A DNA stretch of 64,000 bases from Aurantimicrobium sp. (GTDB lineage: Bacteria > Actinomycetota > Actinomycetes > Actinomycetales > Microbacteriaceae), in assembly GCA_024644865.1 (NCBI GenBank), contig JAHEGZ010000007.1, forward strand, positions 19,677-83,676. Reading direction: 5' to 3'. Each line of letters opens with the position of its first letter. Within the stretch, counting starts at the first letter, position 1. The notes under the pieces are model-generated. The model saw only the letters and a list, made by a program, of their open reading frames with translations, searched no databases and had not been told where the DNA came from. The position numbers and the translations under genes were made by a program. Shown in pieces: positions 16,470-27,236 of the stretch.

Positions 16470-16970
16470 CTACTTTTCTAGGGCAGTCAATACGTCGGAA
16501 AGGAGCTCGAGAGCGGCGATGCTCGAGCTCGTACGAATGGCGTCGCGGTCACCATCCAGCAATAATTCGCGGTGCCACCTACCGAACGGCGTGGTTACGG
16601 CCACGAACACGACACCCGGCGCCTTTCCGTCTTGGCCATCTGGCCCGGCAACACCCGTTGTGGCCACGCCAAAATCAGCGCCAATCGTGTCGCGAACACC
16701 ATCGGCCATCTGCATGGCGACCTCGGCGTCAACCGTCCCGACGCGGTCGAGCAGATTCTCGTCGACTCCGAGAGCCTCGTGTTTGACCTGCGTGGCATAG
16801 GCCACGACTCCCCCTCGAACAGTGGCGGATGCGCCGGGAACGCTAGTGAGCGCCGTCATGACGAGGCCGCCGGTGAGCGATTCGGCAACCGCAACCGTGC
16901 GGCGTGAGCGAATCAGGCGCTCGACAAGATCAGCGACCGCGTTGCGTCCTTCGGCAGAAGAAGTGGGCAT
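16470..16970 (-). CDS. cinA: CinA C-terminal-domain protein (nicotinamide-nucleotide amidohydrolase PncC type)
   Basis: VAVAESLTGGLVMTALTSVPGAS...GGVVAYATQVKHEALGV...VATTGVAGPDG are CinA_C motifs. Confidence 0.85.
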   Translation of the reverse strand: MPTSSAEGRNAVADLVERLIRSRRTVAVAESLTGGLVMTALTSVPGASATVRGGVVAYATQVKHEALGVDENLLDRVGTVDAEVAMQMADGVRDTIGADFGVATTGVAGPDGQDGKAPGVVFVAVTTPFGRWHRELLLDGDRDAIRTSSSIAALELLSDVLTALEK

Positions 16971-16974
16971 GAAC

Positions 16975-17589
16975 TCAGTGTGACGCAGACGACGAGCGGT
17001 TGTGAAGCCACGCTTCAACCAGATACATCACGCCGGTCACCACGGTGAGCGCCAAGGCGATAGTCATGAGCACCAGGTTGACCGTGTTCATCCACTCACC
17101 CCAGAGTGCTTGCAACGGCAGCAAAGCCGAGGTGATGGCGAGGAACTGGAAGATGGTCTTGAGCTTGCCCCCTCGTGACGCGGGAATCACGCGCTTGCTC
17201 AGCACAGCGAACCGGAAGACCGTAATGCCGACCTCTCGAACGAGAATCAGAATCGTGACCCACCACGGCAATTCGCCCGTGAGTGACAGACCGATGAGCG
17301 CACCGCCAGTGAGCACTTTGTCGGCGATGGGGTCGAGAATTTTTCCCAGGTCGGTGACGAGGTTGTAGCGGCGCGCAATCCAGCCGTCAACTCCGTCGGT
17401 GGCCATGCCCACGACAAATAGCCCGGCCGCCCACCAGCGCGCGGGGTCCGCCGGAGAGTCGTGCGAGATGAGGAGCAGCCAAATGAAAGCCGGCGCAAAG
17501 AGGATGCGCACAATCGTGATGATGTTGGGAGCGCTCCAGTTGCTCACCGTGGCAGGCTGGCCCTTTACCGCAGGCGCGTCGGATGCCAC
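16975..17589 (-). CDS. pgsA: CDP-diacylglycerol--glycerol-3-phosphate 3-phosphatidyltransferase
   Basis: CDP-alcohol phosphatidyltransferase motif DGVDGWIARRYNLVTDLGKILDPIADK, plus multiple TM helices. Confidence 0.9.
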   Translation of the reverse strand: MASDAPAVKGQPATVSNWSAPNIITIVRILFAPAFIWLLLISHDSPADPARWWAAGLFVVGMATDGVDGWIARRYNLVTDLGKILDPIADKVLTGGALIGLSLTGELPWWVTILILVREVGITVFRFAVLSKRVIPASRGGKLKTIFQFLAITSALLPLQALWGEWMNTVNLVLMTIALALTVVTGVMYLVEAWLHNRSSSASH

Positions 17590-17591
17590 GG

Positions 17592-20270
17592 CTAGTCGCG
17601 GCCCGTCAGGCCCCAGGCGTCTTCGTCGCCCTCCGCCTCTACTTCTTCGAGCCCCGCCATGGTTTCTTCGCGATCTTGCGCAATGACGTCGAATGACGGA
17701 CGCGTGAGCGCGGGCGCTGAAGTCGGCGCTGCGACAGGCGCTGCCGGGGCATCCATTCCGCGAAGCTTGGCGAGGACGCCGGGAAGCTGATCCTGAGAGA
17801 CGAGCACGTCGCGGGCCTTCGAGCCCTCTGAAGGCCCGACGATTTCCCGCGACTCCATGAGGTCCATCAAGCGTCCGGCCTTGGCGAAACCGACACGAAG
17901 CTTGCGCTGGAGCATGGACGTTGAGCCGAACTGGGTTGAAACGACCAGCTCAACGGCTTGCACCAGCAGATCGAGGTCATCCCCGATGTCTGCGTCGATC
18001 TCTTTGCGTTCAACCACGGCAGCCACGTCGTTGCGGTACTCAGGCTGTGCTTGTCGCGTGACGTGAGCGACGACCTTGTGGATCTCGGCCTCGCTCACCC
18101 AAGCTCCTTGAACGCGAATGGGCTTGTTCGTGCCCATCGGCAGGAACAGCGCGTCACCCTGACCGATGAGCTTGTCTGCTCCGGGCTGGTCGAGAATAAC
18201 GCGAGAGTCAGTGACGCTCGTGACAGCGAATGCTAGACGGCTGGGCACGTTGGCCTTGATCAGACCGGTAACGACATCAACACTGGGGCGCTGCGTTGCC
18301 AACACCAGGTGAATTCCGGATGCGCGCGCTAACTGAGTAATGCGAACCACGGAGTCTTCAACATCGCGCGGGGCAACCATCATGAGGTCTGCCAGCTCAT
18401 CGACAACGACGAGCAGGTACGGATACGGACGCAGGACGCGCTCACTGCCGGCAGGCAAGACGATTTCGTTGTTGGTGACCGCGCGATTGAAGTCGTCGAT
18501 GTGCTTAAACCCGAAGCTCGCCAGGTCGTCGTAGCGCATGTCCATCTCTTTGACGACCCACTGCAGCGCTTCGGCTGCTTTCTTGGGGTTCGTGATGATG
18601 GGCGTGATCAGGTGCGGAACACCGGTGTAGGGGGCAAGCTCCACACGCTTGGGGTCAATGAGCACCATGCGAACCTCGGCTGGTGTCGCACGCATCAGGA
18701 TGCTCACCAGCATCGAATTCACAAAACTCGACTTACCTGAACCGGTCGAACCCGCCACCAAAAGGTGAGGCATCTTGGCGAGGTTCGCCACAACGAATCC
18801 GCCTTCGACGTCTTTTCCGACGCCGACGGTCATCGGGTGTTCACTCTTGGTCGCCACGTTGGAACACATGACGTCACCGAGTGTGACAATCTCACGGTCG
18901 GTGTTGGGAATCTCGACGCCGATGGCACTCTTTCCGGGGATTGGCGAAAGAATGCGCACCTCGTTCGAGGCAACCGCGTAGGCCAAGTTCTTGGACAGAG
19001 CCGTCACACGCTCGACCTTAACACCCGGGCCAAGCTCAATCTCGTAGCGAGTAACCGTAGGGCCACGACTGAAACCGGTGACCTTGGCGTCGACACCGAA
19101 TTGGTCGAGCACCATGGTTATGGCGCGCACAGCATCGTCGTTGGCGGCAGATCGAGCCTTCGCGGGCGGACCAGCAGCAAGAACGTGCATCGCCGGCAGT
19201 CGATACGGGCCCGAGGCGGTCGCGGTCGCGGTCGGAGTGAGCGGCGCAATCTCAGCAGTGGCCTGCGGAACATCGATGGGAGCCGTTGCGACGTCATCTT
19301 GAGCCGATACGTCGATGCCGGTCTGGACGCCGTAGGCATCCACCGCTTCTTCTGCCTGGTTGAGCTCGACGGCCAGCTCAGCTGGGTCGAACTCACGCGT
19401 GGGCATGAGGTCTTGATCGCGAATGACGGGGCTGTCGAAGGCCGGATCTTCTTCACGGCGCGAGGAATTACGACGCCACCATGGAAGTTTGCTGGCCTCT
19501 TCAAGATCGAGCTCGTCGCTGGCGTCGGTCTCTTCGGTGGATGCGGATCCGCCGACAAGATATGCCCACAGCTCACGCAGGCGACGCCCGATGCGCGTCG
19601 GAGGAGTCTTGGTCATGATCAGCAGAGACAGGAAAGCGAAGGCGAACATGACTGCGCCCGAACCCCACTGGGTGATGACTGCGGCTAGCGGGCCAGCAAC
19701 GAGCCATCCCAACAAACCGCCCGCCTGAGCCAGGGCTTGAAGACCGTCGGCAGGTGCAGGTTGACCGCCAAACAAGTGTGCAAGCCCTGAGACGGCCAGG
19801 AGGAACAGCACGACACCAACGCCAATGCGGTTGTTGTCAGTGACCGAGCTCGGGTGACGAAACAACCAGACAGCCAGCAGAATCATGACCACCGGAAGGC
19901 CGAACGCGATGACTCCGAAAAGACCGCCGAATGTGTATGCGCTCACGAGCTGAGCCCAGGGCGCTGCTACCAAGAACCACTGGATGACCGCTCCGGCGAT
20001 GGCCAGCAATACGAGTGCGAACGGAACTCCGTCGCGGCGCTCTTCGCGCGAGAAACGCTCGGGGCCGAGCATTCGTGCTGCGCCGCCGGCGACGTGCGCC
20101 AGGGTCATCCAAACTTTGGCAAAGCCGGTGTACTCGCGATCGCCGGGATTACTCGAGCCACTCGATGATTTTGCGGTACTCGAGGAACGCACGGTCGGAC
20201 GTTTGGGCGCGCTCGAACCACCGCGCGAGCGCGCGGGAGTGCGTGACGATTTCTTCGTGCCCGAAGCCAT
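17592..20270 (-). CDS. ftsK: DNA translocase FtsK
   Basis: N-terminal TM domain, linker, motor domain with [12 protein letters not shown] (Walker A) and [13 protein letters not shown] (Walker B), and a C-terminal gamma domain ([24 protein letters not shown]). Confidence 0.95.
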   Translation of the reverse strand: MASGTKKSSRTPARSRGGSSAPKRPTVRSSSTAKSSSGSSNPGDREYTGFAKVWMTLAHVAGGAARMLGPERFSREERRDGVPFALVLLAIAGAVIQWFLVAAPWAQLVSAYTFGGLFGVIAFGLPVVMILLAVWLFRHPSSVTDNNRIGVGVVLFLLAVSGLAHLFGGQPAPADGLQALAQAGGLLGWLVAGPLAAVITQWGSGAVMFAFAFLSLLIMTKTPPTRIGRRLRELWAYLVGGSASTEETDASDELDLEEASKLPWWRRNSSRREEDPAFDSPVIRDQDLMPTREFDPAELAVELNQAEEAVDAYGVQTGIDVSAQDDVATAPIDVPQATAEIAPLTPTATATASGPYRLPAMHVLAAGPPAKARSAANDDAVRAITMVLDQFGVDAKVTGFSRGPTVTRYEIELGPGVKVERVTALSKNLAYAVASNEVRILSPIPGKSAIGVEIPNTDREIVTLGDVMCSNVATKSEHPMTVGVGKDVEGGFVVANLAKMPHLLVAGSTGSGKSSFVNSMLVSILMRATPAEVRMVLIDPKRVELAPYTGVPHLITPIITNPKKAAEALQWVVKEMDMRYDDLASFGFKHIDDFNRAVTNNEIVLPAGSERVLRPYPYLLVVVDELADLMMVAPRDVEDSVVRITQLARASGIHLVLATQRPSVDVVTGLIKANVPSRLAFAVTSVTDSRVILDQPGADKLIGQGDALFLPMGTNKPIRVQGAWVSEAEIHKVVAHVTRQAQPEYRNDVAAVVERKEIDADIGDDLDLLVQAVELVVSTQFGSTSMLQRKLRVGFAKAGRLMDLMESREIVGPSEGSKARDVLVSQDQLPGVLAKLRGMDAPAAPVAAPTSAPALTRPSFDVIAQDREETMAGLEEVEAEGDEDAWGLTGRD

Positions 20271-20332
20271 GCCTCTACGGTACGCACGGGCACCGACAAT
20301 GCCCGGGATTACGCGGGAGTGTTAGGAAATGG

Positions 20333-21976
20333 CTACTTCGTGACGACCCACGCCGTGGCGTCGGAGTCGAGCTTTCCATCGACCAGCGGAGCACTCACAA
20401 CGACTACCTCTCCGGCGGGTAGCGCCACCGGATCAGCTCCGAAGTTGGTGATAGAGCGCCATCCGTTACCGCGGTCAAAGTCGATGACGTGACCGCCGTC
20501 GAGAGCACCCCAGCTGAACTCTTCGCCGCTGAGCAACTGCTTGCGAGCGCCGACCGCTGTGCGGTACATCTCAAGCGTCGAAGAGGCATCTACTGATTCC
20601 TTTTCGACCGAATACTCGGCGAACCACGCCGGCTGGGGCAGGTGGGAACCACCTGAGCCAAAGCCGAACGATGAACCCGTGCTTGTCCAGGGCAGGGGTA
20701 CACGGCATCCGTCGCGGCCCTTGTTGACTCGCAAGTTGCGTTCCCACTGCGGGTCTTGAATCGCATCGAGTGGGATGTCCCAGACCTCGTGCAGACCGAG
20801 CTCTTCCCCCTGATAAACGTAGGACGCGCCGGGCAGCGCCAGCTGAAGAAGGCTTGCGGCACGAGCCCGCTTGGTGCCGAGATCCATGTCGAGCACGTCC
20901 CCGCCGTTCTCGCTGAGCAACCACTGAACGCGATCGGTTCCCTCAGGCAGTCCAAAACGTGTGGCGTGTCGAACCTTGTCATGGTTCGAGAGCACCCAGG
21001 TCGAAGACGAGCCAACCTCGGCGGCCAGCTTCACGTTGAAGTCGATGTGACCGCGATACGCCTCGGCATCCCATGGGGACTCGAGCAGGTCGAAGTTGAA
21101 CGCCTGACCGAGCTCGTCAGGCTTCGCGTACAGAACGCGACGCTCGGCACGAACGTACGCCTCAGCCACGGCAACGCGGGGCGGGTCGTACTCATTGAAT
21201 ACCTCGCGCCACTCACGATAGATCTGGTGCACGTCGTTGCGATCAAAGAGCGGGTCGTCACCCGAGAGCGGGTTCTCAAAGTCGACGATGGCTGGTTTGC
21301 TCCGCAGCGGCTCGCTGAGGTCCTTCTTGAGGGCGTGCGCAACATCGATTCGGAAACCGTCAACGCCGCGGTCTGACCAGAAGCGCAGAGTCCTCTTGAA
21401 ATCTTCGTGCACCTCGGGGTTGTCCCAGTTGAAGTCAGGCTGCTCAGGCGCGAACAAGTGGCAGTACCACTGACCAGGGGTTCCGTCTGGATTTGTGATT
21501 CGAGTCCAGGCTCGGGGTGCGAAGTGCGACGGCCAGTCCGATGGTGGCTCGTCGCCATTCGGGCCCTTGCCATCGCGGAAGATGTAACGATTTCGAGCGG
21601 GCGAACCTGGCTCCGAAGCCAGCGCCTCCTGGAACCACACGTGACGGTCAGATGAATGATTCGGCACAATGTCGACGAAAACCCGAATGTCTCGCTCGTG
21701 AAGGGCGGCCAACATCTCATCAAAATCTGCCAGTGTGCCCAGCTTGGGATCGACATCGCGGTAATCGTCAACGTCGTATCCACCGTCGGCAAGTGCCGAG
21801 GGGTAGAACGGGCTGAGCCACACAGCGTCAAGCCCCAGCGACGCGAGGTAATCCGCACGCGAGGTGATTCCCTTGAGATCGCCGATGCCGTCGCCGTTCG
21901 AGTCTGCGAAGCTACGCGGGTAGATCTGATATATGACGGCTTGACGCCACCAGTTTTTGTCATTGCTCAGGGTCAT
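20333..21976 (-). CDS. GH13 alpha-glucosidase (oligo-1,6-glucosidase / AglA-like), paralog B
   Basis: WWRQAVIYQIYPRSFADSNGDGIGDL, DIVPNHSS, GVDGFRIDVAHAL and FNFDL are GH13 conserved regions. ATG 21976 overlaps the upstream stop (ATGA). Confidence 0.9.
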   Translation of the reverse strand: MTLSNDKNWWRQAVIYQIYPRSFADSNGDGIGDLKGITSRADYLASLGLDAVWLSPFYPSALADGGYDVDDYRDVDPKLGTLADFDEMLAALHERDIRVFVDIVPNHSSDRHVWFQEALASEPGSPARNRYIFRDGKGPNGDEPPSDWPSHFAPRAWTRITNPDGTPGQWYCHLFAPEQPDFNWDNPEVHEDFKRTLRFWSDRGVDGFRIDVAHALKKDLSEPLRSKPAIVDFENPLSGDDPLFDRNDVHQIYREWREVFNEYDPPRVAVAEAYVRAERRVLYAKPDELGQAFNFDLLESPWDAEAYRGHIDFNVKLAAEVGSSSTWVLSNHDKVRHATRFGLPEGTDRVQWLLSENGGDVLDMDLGTKRARAASLLQLALPGASYVYQGEELGLHEVWDIPLDAIQDPQWERNLRVNKGRDGCRVPLPWTSTGSSFGFGSGGSHLPQPAWFAEYSVEKESVDASSTLEMYRTAVGARKQLLSGEEFSWGALDGGHVIDFDRGNGWRSITNFGADPVALPAGEVVVVSAPLVDGKLDSDATAWVVTK

Positions 21977-23625
21977 GCGGACTGAATCCAGACGGTCGTG
22001 TTCTTCGGTACGAGGTTGCCCTTCAGCGGACGGCTGGCCAAGAGGATTTGGCCGGCGGGAGCGGGAACCTTCTTTGCGCCAAAGTTGGTAAAGCACTGCC
22101 ATCCATTGGGGCGAGAAAAGTGCAATGTCTTGGCCGGACTCTCAATCCACTCCAGCTGTTCTTCACTCTGCAGCTGCTTGCGCAGCGCGATCGCCGAACG
22201 GTAGAGCTCGAGCGTCGATCCGTGCACGCCGTCTTCGGCCTCGACGGAGTAATCCCCGAACCACTCAGGTTGCGGCAGATGCGATCCGTTGGACCCAAAT
22301 CCATACGATGAACCCTCTTGCGTCCACGGCAGTGGAACGCGACAACCGTCGCGGCCCTTGCGTGTCTTTCCGTCGCGAATCCAAATCGGATCTTGCAAGT
22401 CTTTGTCTTGGAGGTCTGCGACCTCAGGAAGACCAAGTTCTTCGCCTTGGTAAATGTAGGTGCATCCGGGAAGCGCGAGCAGCAACATGGTGGCTGCGCG
22501 GGCGCGACGCAGTCCCAGCGTGTATTTGACCTGCGGAACTGTTCCATCGGTCATCAGCCAATTCGCATAGTTGGTGCCCTTGGGCAGTCCGTAGCGGGTA
22601 GCGTGACGAACCTCATCATGGCTCGAGAGCACCCACGTCGACGACGAACCCGCAGACTGAGCCAAAGACAGGGCATTCGAAATGCTTTCTTTGAACTTCT
22701 TGGCTCGCCAAGGCTGGTGCAGAATATCGAAGTTGATCGCCTGACCGAGCTCTTCGGGGCTGGCATACAACGGGCGGCGATATAGCGGGGCATTTGCCTC
22801 TGCGATTGCCACGCGAGGCGGGTCATACTCGTTGAAGACCTTGCGCCACTCACGATAGACCTGGTGCAGCTCTTCACGATCGAAGATCGTTTTGAGAATC
22901 GCCTCACCCGTGATGGGGTAATCGAACGACTTGATGCTCGGCATCGGTTCGCTCATGTCTTTCTTGAGCGCGTGTGCCACGTCAACGCGGTAGCCGTCTA
23001 CTCCCCGATCGGCCCAGAACCGAAGTGTCTTGATGAAGTCGTCGTAAACGTCTTGGTTATCCCAGTTGAAGTCGGGCTGTTCGGGTGCGAAAAGGTGCAG
23101 GTACCACTGACCCGGCTTTCCATCTGACTCAGTGACACGAGTCCAGCCGCGAGGCCCAAAGTGGGAAATCCAGTCGGATGGCGGCTCTTCTCCGTTTTCG
23201 CCTTTTCCATCGCGGAAGATGTAACGATCACGGGCTGCGGATCCCGGGCCGGCTTTGAGAGCCTCTTGGAACCACGGGTGCTGATCAGACGAGTGGTTCG
23301 GAACGATGTCAACGAAGACGCGGATGCCGACGGAGTGAAGTGACTCGAGCATCTCGTCGAAATCTTCGAGTGTGCCCAATCGCGGATCGACGTTGCGGTA
23401 ATCCGCAACGTCATATCCGCCGTCGGCCAGAGGCGACGGATAAAACGGGCTGAGCCAGACAGCATCGATGCCCAGCTTGTGCAGGTAGTCAACACGAGAA
23501 GTGATTCCCTTGATGTCGCCGAGTCCATCTCCGTTGACATCGGCGAAGCTTCGCGGGTAGATCTGGTAGATCGTGGCCTGGCGCCACCAATTGGCGTCGC
23601 CTTTCAAGAATGTGTGTTGAGCCAT
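21973..23625 (-). CDS. GH13 alpha-glucosidase, paralog A
   Basis: WWRQATIYQIYPRSFADVNGDGLGDI, DIVPNHSS and GVDGYRVDVAHAL. Collinear and highly similar to the downstream paralog along its full length. Confidence 0.9.
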   Translation of the reverse strand: MAQHTFLKGDANWWRQATIYQIYPRSFADVNGDGLGDIKGITSRVDYLHKLGIDAVWLSPFYPSPLADGGYDVADYRNVDPRLGTLEDFDEMLESLHSVGIRVFVDIVPNHSSDQHPWFQEALKAGPGSAARDRYIFRDGKGENGEEPPSDWISHFGPRGWTRVTESDGKPGQWYLHLFAPEQPDFNWDNQDVYDDFIKTLRFWADRGVDGYRVDVAHALKKDMSEPMPSIKSFDYPITGEAILKTIFDREELHQVYREWRKVFNEYDPPRVAIAEANAPLYRRPLYASPEELGQAINFDILHQPWRAKKFKESISNALSLAQSAGSSSTWVLSSHDEVRHATRYGLPKGTNYANWLMTDGTVPQVKYTLGLRRARAATMLLLALPGCTYIYQGEELGLPEVADLQDKDLQDPIWIRDGKTRKGRDGCRVPLPWTQEGSSYGFGSNGSHLPQPEWFGDYSVEAEDGVHGSTLELYRSAIALRKQLQSEEQLEWIESPAKTLHFSRPNGWQCFTNFGAKKVPAPAGQILLASRPLKGNLVPKNTTVWIQSA

Positions 23626-23628
23626 ATC

Positions 23629-23640
23629 TGAATCGTTTCG
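23629..23640. promoter_or_regulatory. candidate LacI-type operator half-palindrome just upstream of the GH13 genes
   Basis: TGAATCGTTTCG matches the generic LacI/GalR palindrome TGAAACGTTTCA at 10 of 12 positions. It sits in an AT-rich stretch (tatctatatttcgtcagg) 3 nt from the ATG. Confidence 0.25.
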
Positions 23641-23756
23641 TATCTATATTTCGTCAGGATTTCGCTTGTGTACCCGGGTTGCCGTCTCGCGACCCGGGCA
23701 CAGCGGAGCAGACCCAGACTGGCGGGCCTACTCCAACAGCGTTGTTGGGGAGGGTG

Positions 23757-24668
23757 TTACTTGACCGAACCCATCGTCACACCGCGCATCAGGGTGCGCT
23801 GGAAGATGAAGAAGAAGATGATCGACGGAAGCGAACCGAGGAGTGCTGCGGCAGCACGCGCGGTCGGGTCGGTCGTCCACTGTCCGGTGGTGATGGCGAG
23901 TCCCAGTGTCACTGTTTGGTTGTCGTTAGAAGGCAACAGAACAAGTGGAAGTAGGAACTCGTTCCAGGTGTAGATGAAGAAGAACGTGGCCAGCACGAAC
24001 AGCGTCGGGCGCAGAATGGGCAGCACAACGCTAGCGAAGATGCGCCACGTGCTCGCGCCGTCGATTCGAGCAGCCTCAAGCAGTTCCATCGGGAACTCTT
24101 CGAGCACGGCCGTCAGCATGTACGTTCCGAACGCCACTGAAGCAACACCCGTGATGATGATGACCGAGACGAGAGAGTCGTAGGTCTTGGTGGCCTTGGC
24201 CATGTTGTACCAGGGGTAGATCATGGCTTCCTGCGGAATGGTGAAGGCCACCATAAAAGTAGCCAAAATCCAGAAGCGACCGCGGATGCGACCAATACCC
24301 AGCGCAAACGCCGTTAGGGCGCTCAGCGCCACGCCGATGATGGTTGAGCCCAGGCTCAGAATCACCGAGTTCATGAGCTTCTGGGGGAAGTTGACATCGT
24401 TCCAGAACTTGATGATGTTCGTCAGATTGATGCCCTTAGGCAGACCCAGGGGGCCAGTGGCGATGAACTCTGCCTCGTTTTTAAACGCATTAATGAGCGC
24501 CATGTAGAACGGGAACAGCCAACCGATGACCACCAAAAGAAGAACGATAAAGAGAATCCACGACCCTGCGGACTTCTTTTTAAGCTCGGTCTTGCGCGCC
24601 TTGATCGGCTTGGGTTCTTTGAGCACAATGAACGAGCCGTCTTGCGCGACTTCTACGATTTCACTCAT
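23757..24668 (-). CDS. carbohydrate ABC transporter permease (MalG-like)
   Basis: Six TM helices and the EAA loop EAARIDGASTWRIFASVVLPILRP. Confidence 0.9.
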   Translation of the reverse strand: MSEIVEVAQDGSFIVLKEPKPIKARKTELKKKSAGSWILFIVLLLVVIGWLFPFYMALINAFKNEAEFIATGPLGLPKGINLTNIIKFWNDVNFPQKLMNSVILSLGSTIIGVALSALTAFALGIGRIRGRFWILATFMVAFTIPQEAMIYPWYNMAKATKTYDSLVSVIIITGVASVAFGTYMLTAVLEEFPMELLEAARIDGASTWRIFASVVLPILRPTLFVLATFFFIYTWNEFLLPLVLLPSNDNQTVTLGLAITTGQWTTDPTARAAAALLGSLPSIIFFFIFQRTLMRGVTMGSVK

Positions 24669-25636
24669 CGCTGCTTAGCTCCCTCGTTGATGCGGTTCTG
24701 GACGTAAAGGATGACGATGGCCAAGATGGTCAGCAGCACCGCGAGCACTGTGGCAATCGCGGCACCGTAACCGACCTTGGTGGTGGTGAAGAACTGGAAC
24801 CACGAGAAGAATGCAGGCACCTGAGTTGCGGTACCCGGTCCACCCTGGGTCATCACGTAGATGGGCGCGAAAACCTTCAGGGCTGCGACGGTCGTGGTCA
24901 AGAGCACGACACCGATCTCGGGGCCAAGCTGCGGAAGGGTGATGACACGGAAGCGCTGCAACCAGCTTGCTCCGTCAATCTGGGCCGCCTCAGAAAGCGA
25001 GGGGTCAATGCGAGCCATGCCCGACATGAAAATAACGATGGTGTACCCGATCTGAATCCAGACCATGATGACCGAGACTGACCAAAAAGCGAGGTTTGCA
25101 TCACCGAGCCAGTTGGGCTGAGTGTCCGAGCCAATTTCTCGCAGGAAGGTGTTAATCACACCGGTCGAGGGGTCGAGCAACCAGACCCACATGATTCCGG
25201 TGATGGTCAGCGGAACGATCTGAGGAAGGTAAAGACCGCCGCGCATGAAGGCCGACGCAGTATTTCCAAATCGGGGAGCGACATAGTCAAAGATCAGGGC
25301 ACCGATGAAGACGCCCAACAGAGTGGGAACAATCGACATGGCACCGATAAACATGAACGCGTGAAGGAAGGACTCCCAGAATTCACCGTCTGCAAAAAGG
25401 GTGCCGTAGTTTTTGAAACCGACCCACTTAGGGGTGCCAAGGCCGTTCCATTTGGTGAAGCTGAGGTAAATGTTCCAAATGAAGGCGACACCGATGACAC
25501 CCAGGAAGAGCACCAGACCGGGGACAACAAACCATACAAAGCTGCGGGTGTCATTGATGCCCTTGATTCGCGGGGCCTTCAGCTTGACCGGCTTTGAGAC
25601 CGGCTTGGTTGCCGCTCGTGGTGATGCACTCGACAT
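24665..25636 (-). CDS. carbohydrate ABC transporter permease (MalF-like)
   Basis: EAA loop EAAQIDGASWLQRFRVITLPQLGP. ATG 25636 is preceded by AAAGGAGA. Confidence 0.9.
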   Translation of the reverse strand: MSSASPRAATKPVSKPVKLKAPRIKGINDTRSFVWFVVPGLVLFLGVIGVAFIWNIYLSFTKWNGLGTPKWVGFKNYGTLFADGEFWESFLHAFMFIGAMSIVPTLLGVFIGALIFDYVAPRFGNTASAFMRGGLYLPQIVPLTITGIMWVWLLDPSTGVINTFLREIGSDTQPNWLGDANLAFWSVSVIMVWIQIGYTIVIFMSGMARIDPSLSEAAQIDGASWLQRFRVITLPQLGPEIGVVLLTTTVAALKVFAPIYVMTQGGPGTATQVPAFFSWFQFFTTTKVGYGAAIATVLAVLLTILAIVILYVQNRINEGAKQR

Positions 25637-25680
25637 CGAATCTCCTTTGTCACACCCTCGTGAGTAATTCAGTATTAGGG

Positions 25681-25720
25681 AGAATCCGGGCGGGGGCAAG
25701 AGCGCCCCCACCCGGATTCT
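25681..25720 (-). terminator. strong intercistronic stem-loop between the binding-protein and permease genes (partial terminator or mRNA stabiliser)
   Basis: AGAATCCGGGCGGGGGC aagagc GCCCCCACCCGGATTCT forms a 17-bp stem with one mismatch. No clear U-tract follows on the transcribed strand. Confidence 0.5.
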
Positions 25721-25749
25721 GTGTCTAGCTAACTACCTAGAACGAACCG

Positions 25750-27030
25750 TTACGGCTTGTTCTTGTCGTAGAACTCCTGAAGAGTCTTGACGTAGGCAGC
25801 GGCGTCGCCATCCGAGAACAGCTTCTGGCCAGCAGCGAGCTGAACCTCGAAGTAACCGGGGACGGGCCAGTCGGGGTACATACCCAGACCGTCCTGCTTG
25901 ACGATCTCAGCGAAGACGGTGTACGACTTTACGGTCGTCTTGTTCGTCAGTGCCGAAACGTCAGCAGCCAGCGGGAGTCCGCCGTTCTCGCCGAGCATGT
26001 TCTGGTACTTCTTGCTGAGGATCATGTTGATGAACTCAGCTGCGAGGTCCTTGTTCTTGGACTTCGAGGGGATGACCAGGAGGTTACCGGCCGAACCAAC
26101 GGACTGACCGCCGGTTGCAGGCATCTGGAACTTGCCCCAGTTGAAGGCAGCCTTGTCAGCCATGCCCTGGTCGAGCCAGGTACCACCGAAGATGAGCGGG
26201 CAGGTCTTGCCCTTCTGGAACTCGGCAACAGCGTTGTCAGCGGAAATACCGGCAACGTTCTTGGGGAAGTAGCCAGCCTTGAGCCAGTTGCTGATGGTGG
26301 TAGCCGACTTGGTCCATTCGTTTGCCCAGTCAATGGGGTGCTCGAAGAACTGGAAGTCCTTGACGAAGGTCTGACCGGTCGATGCGTTAGCAAGAGTCAG
26401 TCCGTAAGCGAGGTGAACGTTCTGGTAGTCCTTAGCACCGATGCACTGGGTCAGACCCTTTGCCTTCAGCGAGCCAAGAAGAGTCTCGAGCTCAGCAGCC
26501 GAGGTGGGGACAGCCCAACCGTTAGCGTCGAAGACGTCTTTGTTGTAGAACCACGATGCGTACTCACCGTAGGTGGAGACACCGTAGAGGTCACCCTTAC
26601 CCATGAGGCCGTCAGTGTAACGACCGTAGAGGAGAGCCGACTCGGGGAGGATGTCAGACCACTTGTACTTAGCCGAGTAGTCGTTGAGGTTGGTCAGAAG
26701 ACCGGCCTGGGAAGCCGAACCAGCGGTTGCGTTTCCCTTGTTCCACTCAGCGAGGTCCGGAGCCTTGTCGGAGTCGAGGATTGCGTTACCCGACTTCTGG
26801 ATCTGGTCCCAGGTCTTGAGTTCGAACTTGACCTTTACGTTGGGGTGTGCCGCTGCGAGCTCGTCGAGAGCAGCCTTCCACGTGGTTGCCATGGCGGTGT
26901 CTTTCTCGTACCACCAGACATTGAACGTGTCGCTGCCACCGGCGGAACATGCCGTGAGGCCACCGAGTGCGAGTGCGCCGGCAGCTGCGATAGCTGCGAC
27001 GCGGAGCCCGCGCTTAGTCGTGTGCTTCAT
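25750..27030 (-). CDS. ABC transporter extracellular sugar-binding lipoprotein
   Basis: MKHTTKRGLRVAAIAAAGALALGGLTAC gives a signal peptide plus lipobox, followed by a family-1 solute-binding fold. ATG 27030 is preceded by GAAAGG. Confidence 0.9.
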   Translation of the reverse strand: MKHTTKRGLRVAAIAAAGALALGGLTACSAGGSDTFNVWWYEKDTAMATTWKAALDELAAAHPNVKVKFELKTWDQIQKSGNAILDSDKAPDLAEWNKGNATAGSASQAGLLTNLNDYSAKYKWSDILPESALLYGRYTDGLMGKGDLYGVSTYGEYASWFYNKDVFDANGWAVPTSAAELETLLGSLKAKGLTQCIGAKDYQNVHLAYGLTLANASTGQTFVKDFQFFEHPIDWANEWTKSATTISNWLKAGYFPKNVAGISADNAVAEFQKGKTCPLIFGGTWLDQGMADKAAFNWGKFQMPATGGQSVGSAGNLLVIPSKSKNKDLAAEFINMILSKKYQNMLGENGGLPLAADVSALTNKTTVKSYTVFAEIVKQDGLGMYPDWPVPGYFEVQLAAGQKLFSDGDAAAYVKTLQEFYDKNKP

Positions 27031-27236
27031 GTAGGTTTTACCTTTCTCATTGGCGACGGAGTTGTCGCGCAACTTCATTGGTGCTTCAAGGTGTTTCGAC
27101 GCAGTCTGTCGACGCGCGTCGATACAAGTGAATAATTTAGTCCCCTCGATGGACTGCACGCAACCAGGTAAGGCATGCGTGTCGCGATTGTGACCTTTTT
27201 GTAATCAGGAATATACGATTTGGTCGACGTGGCGCT

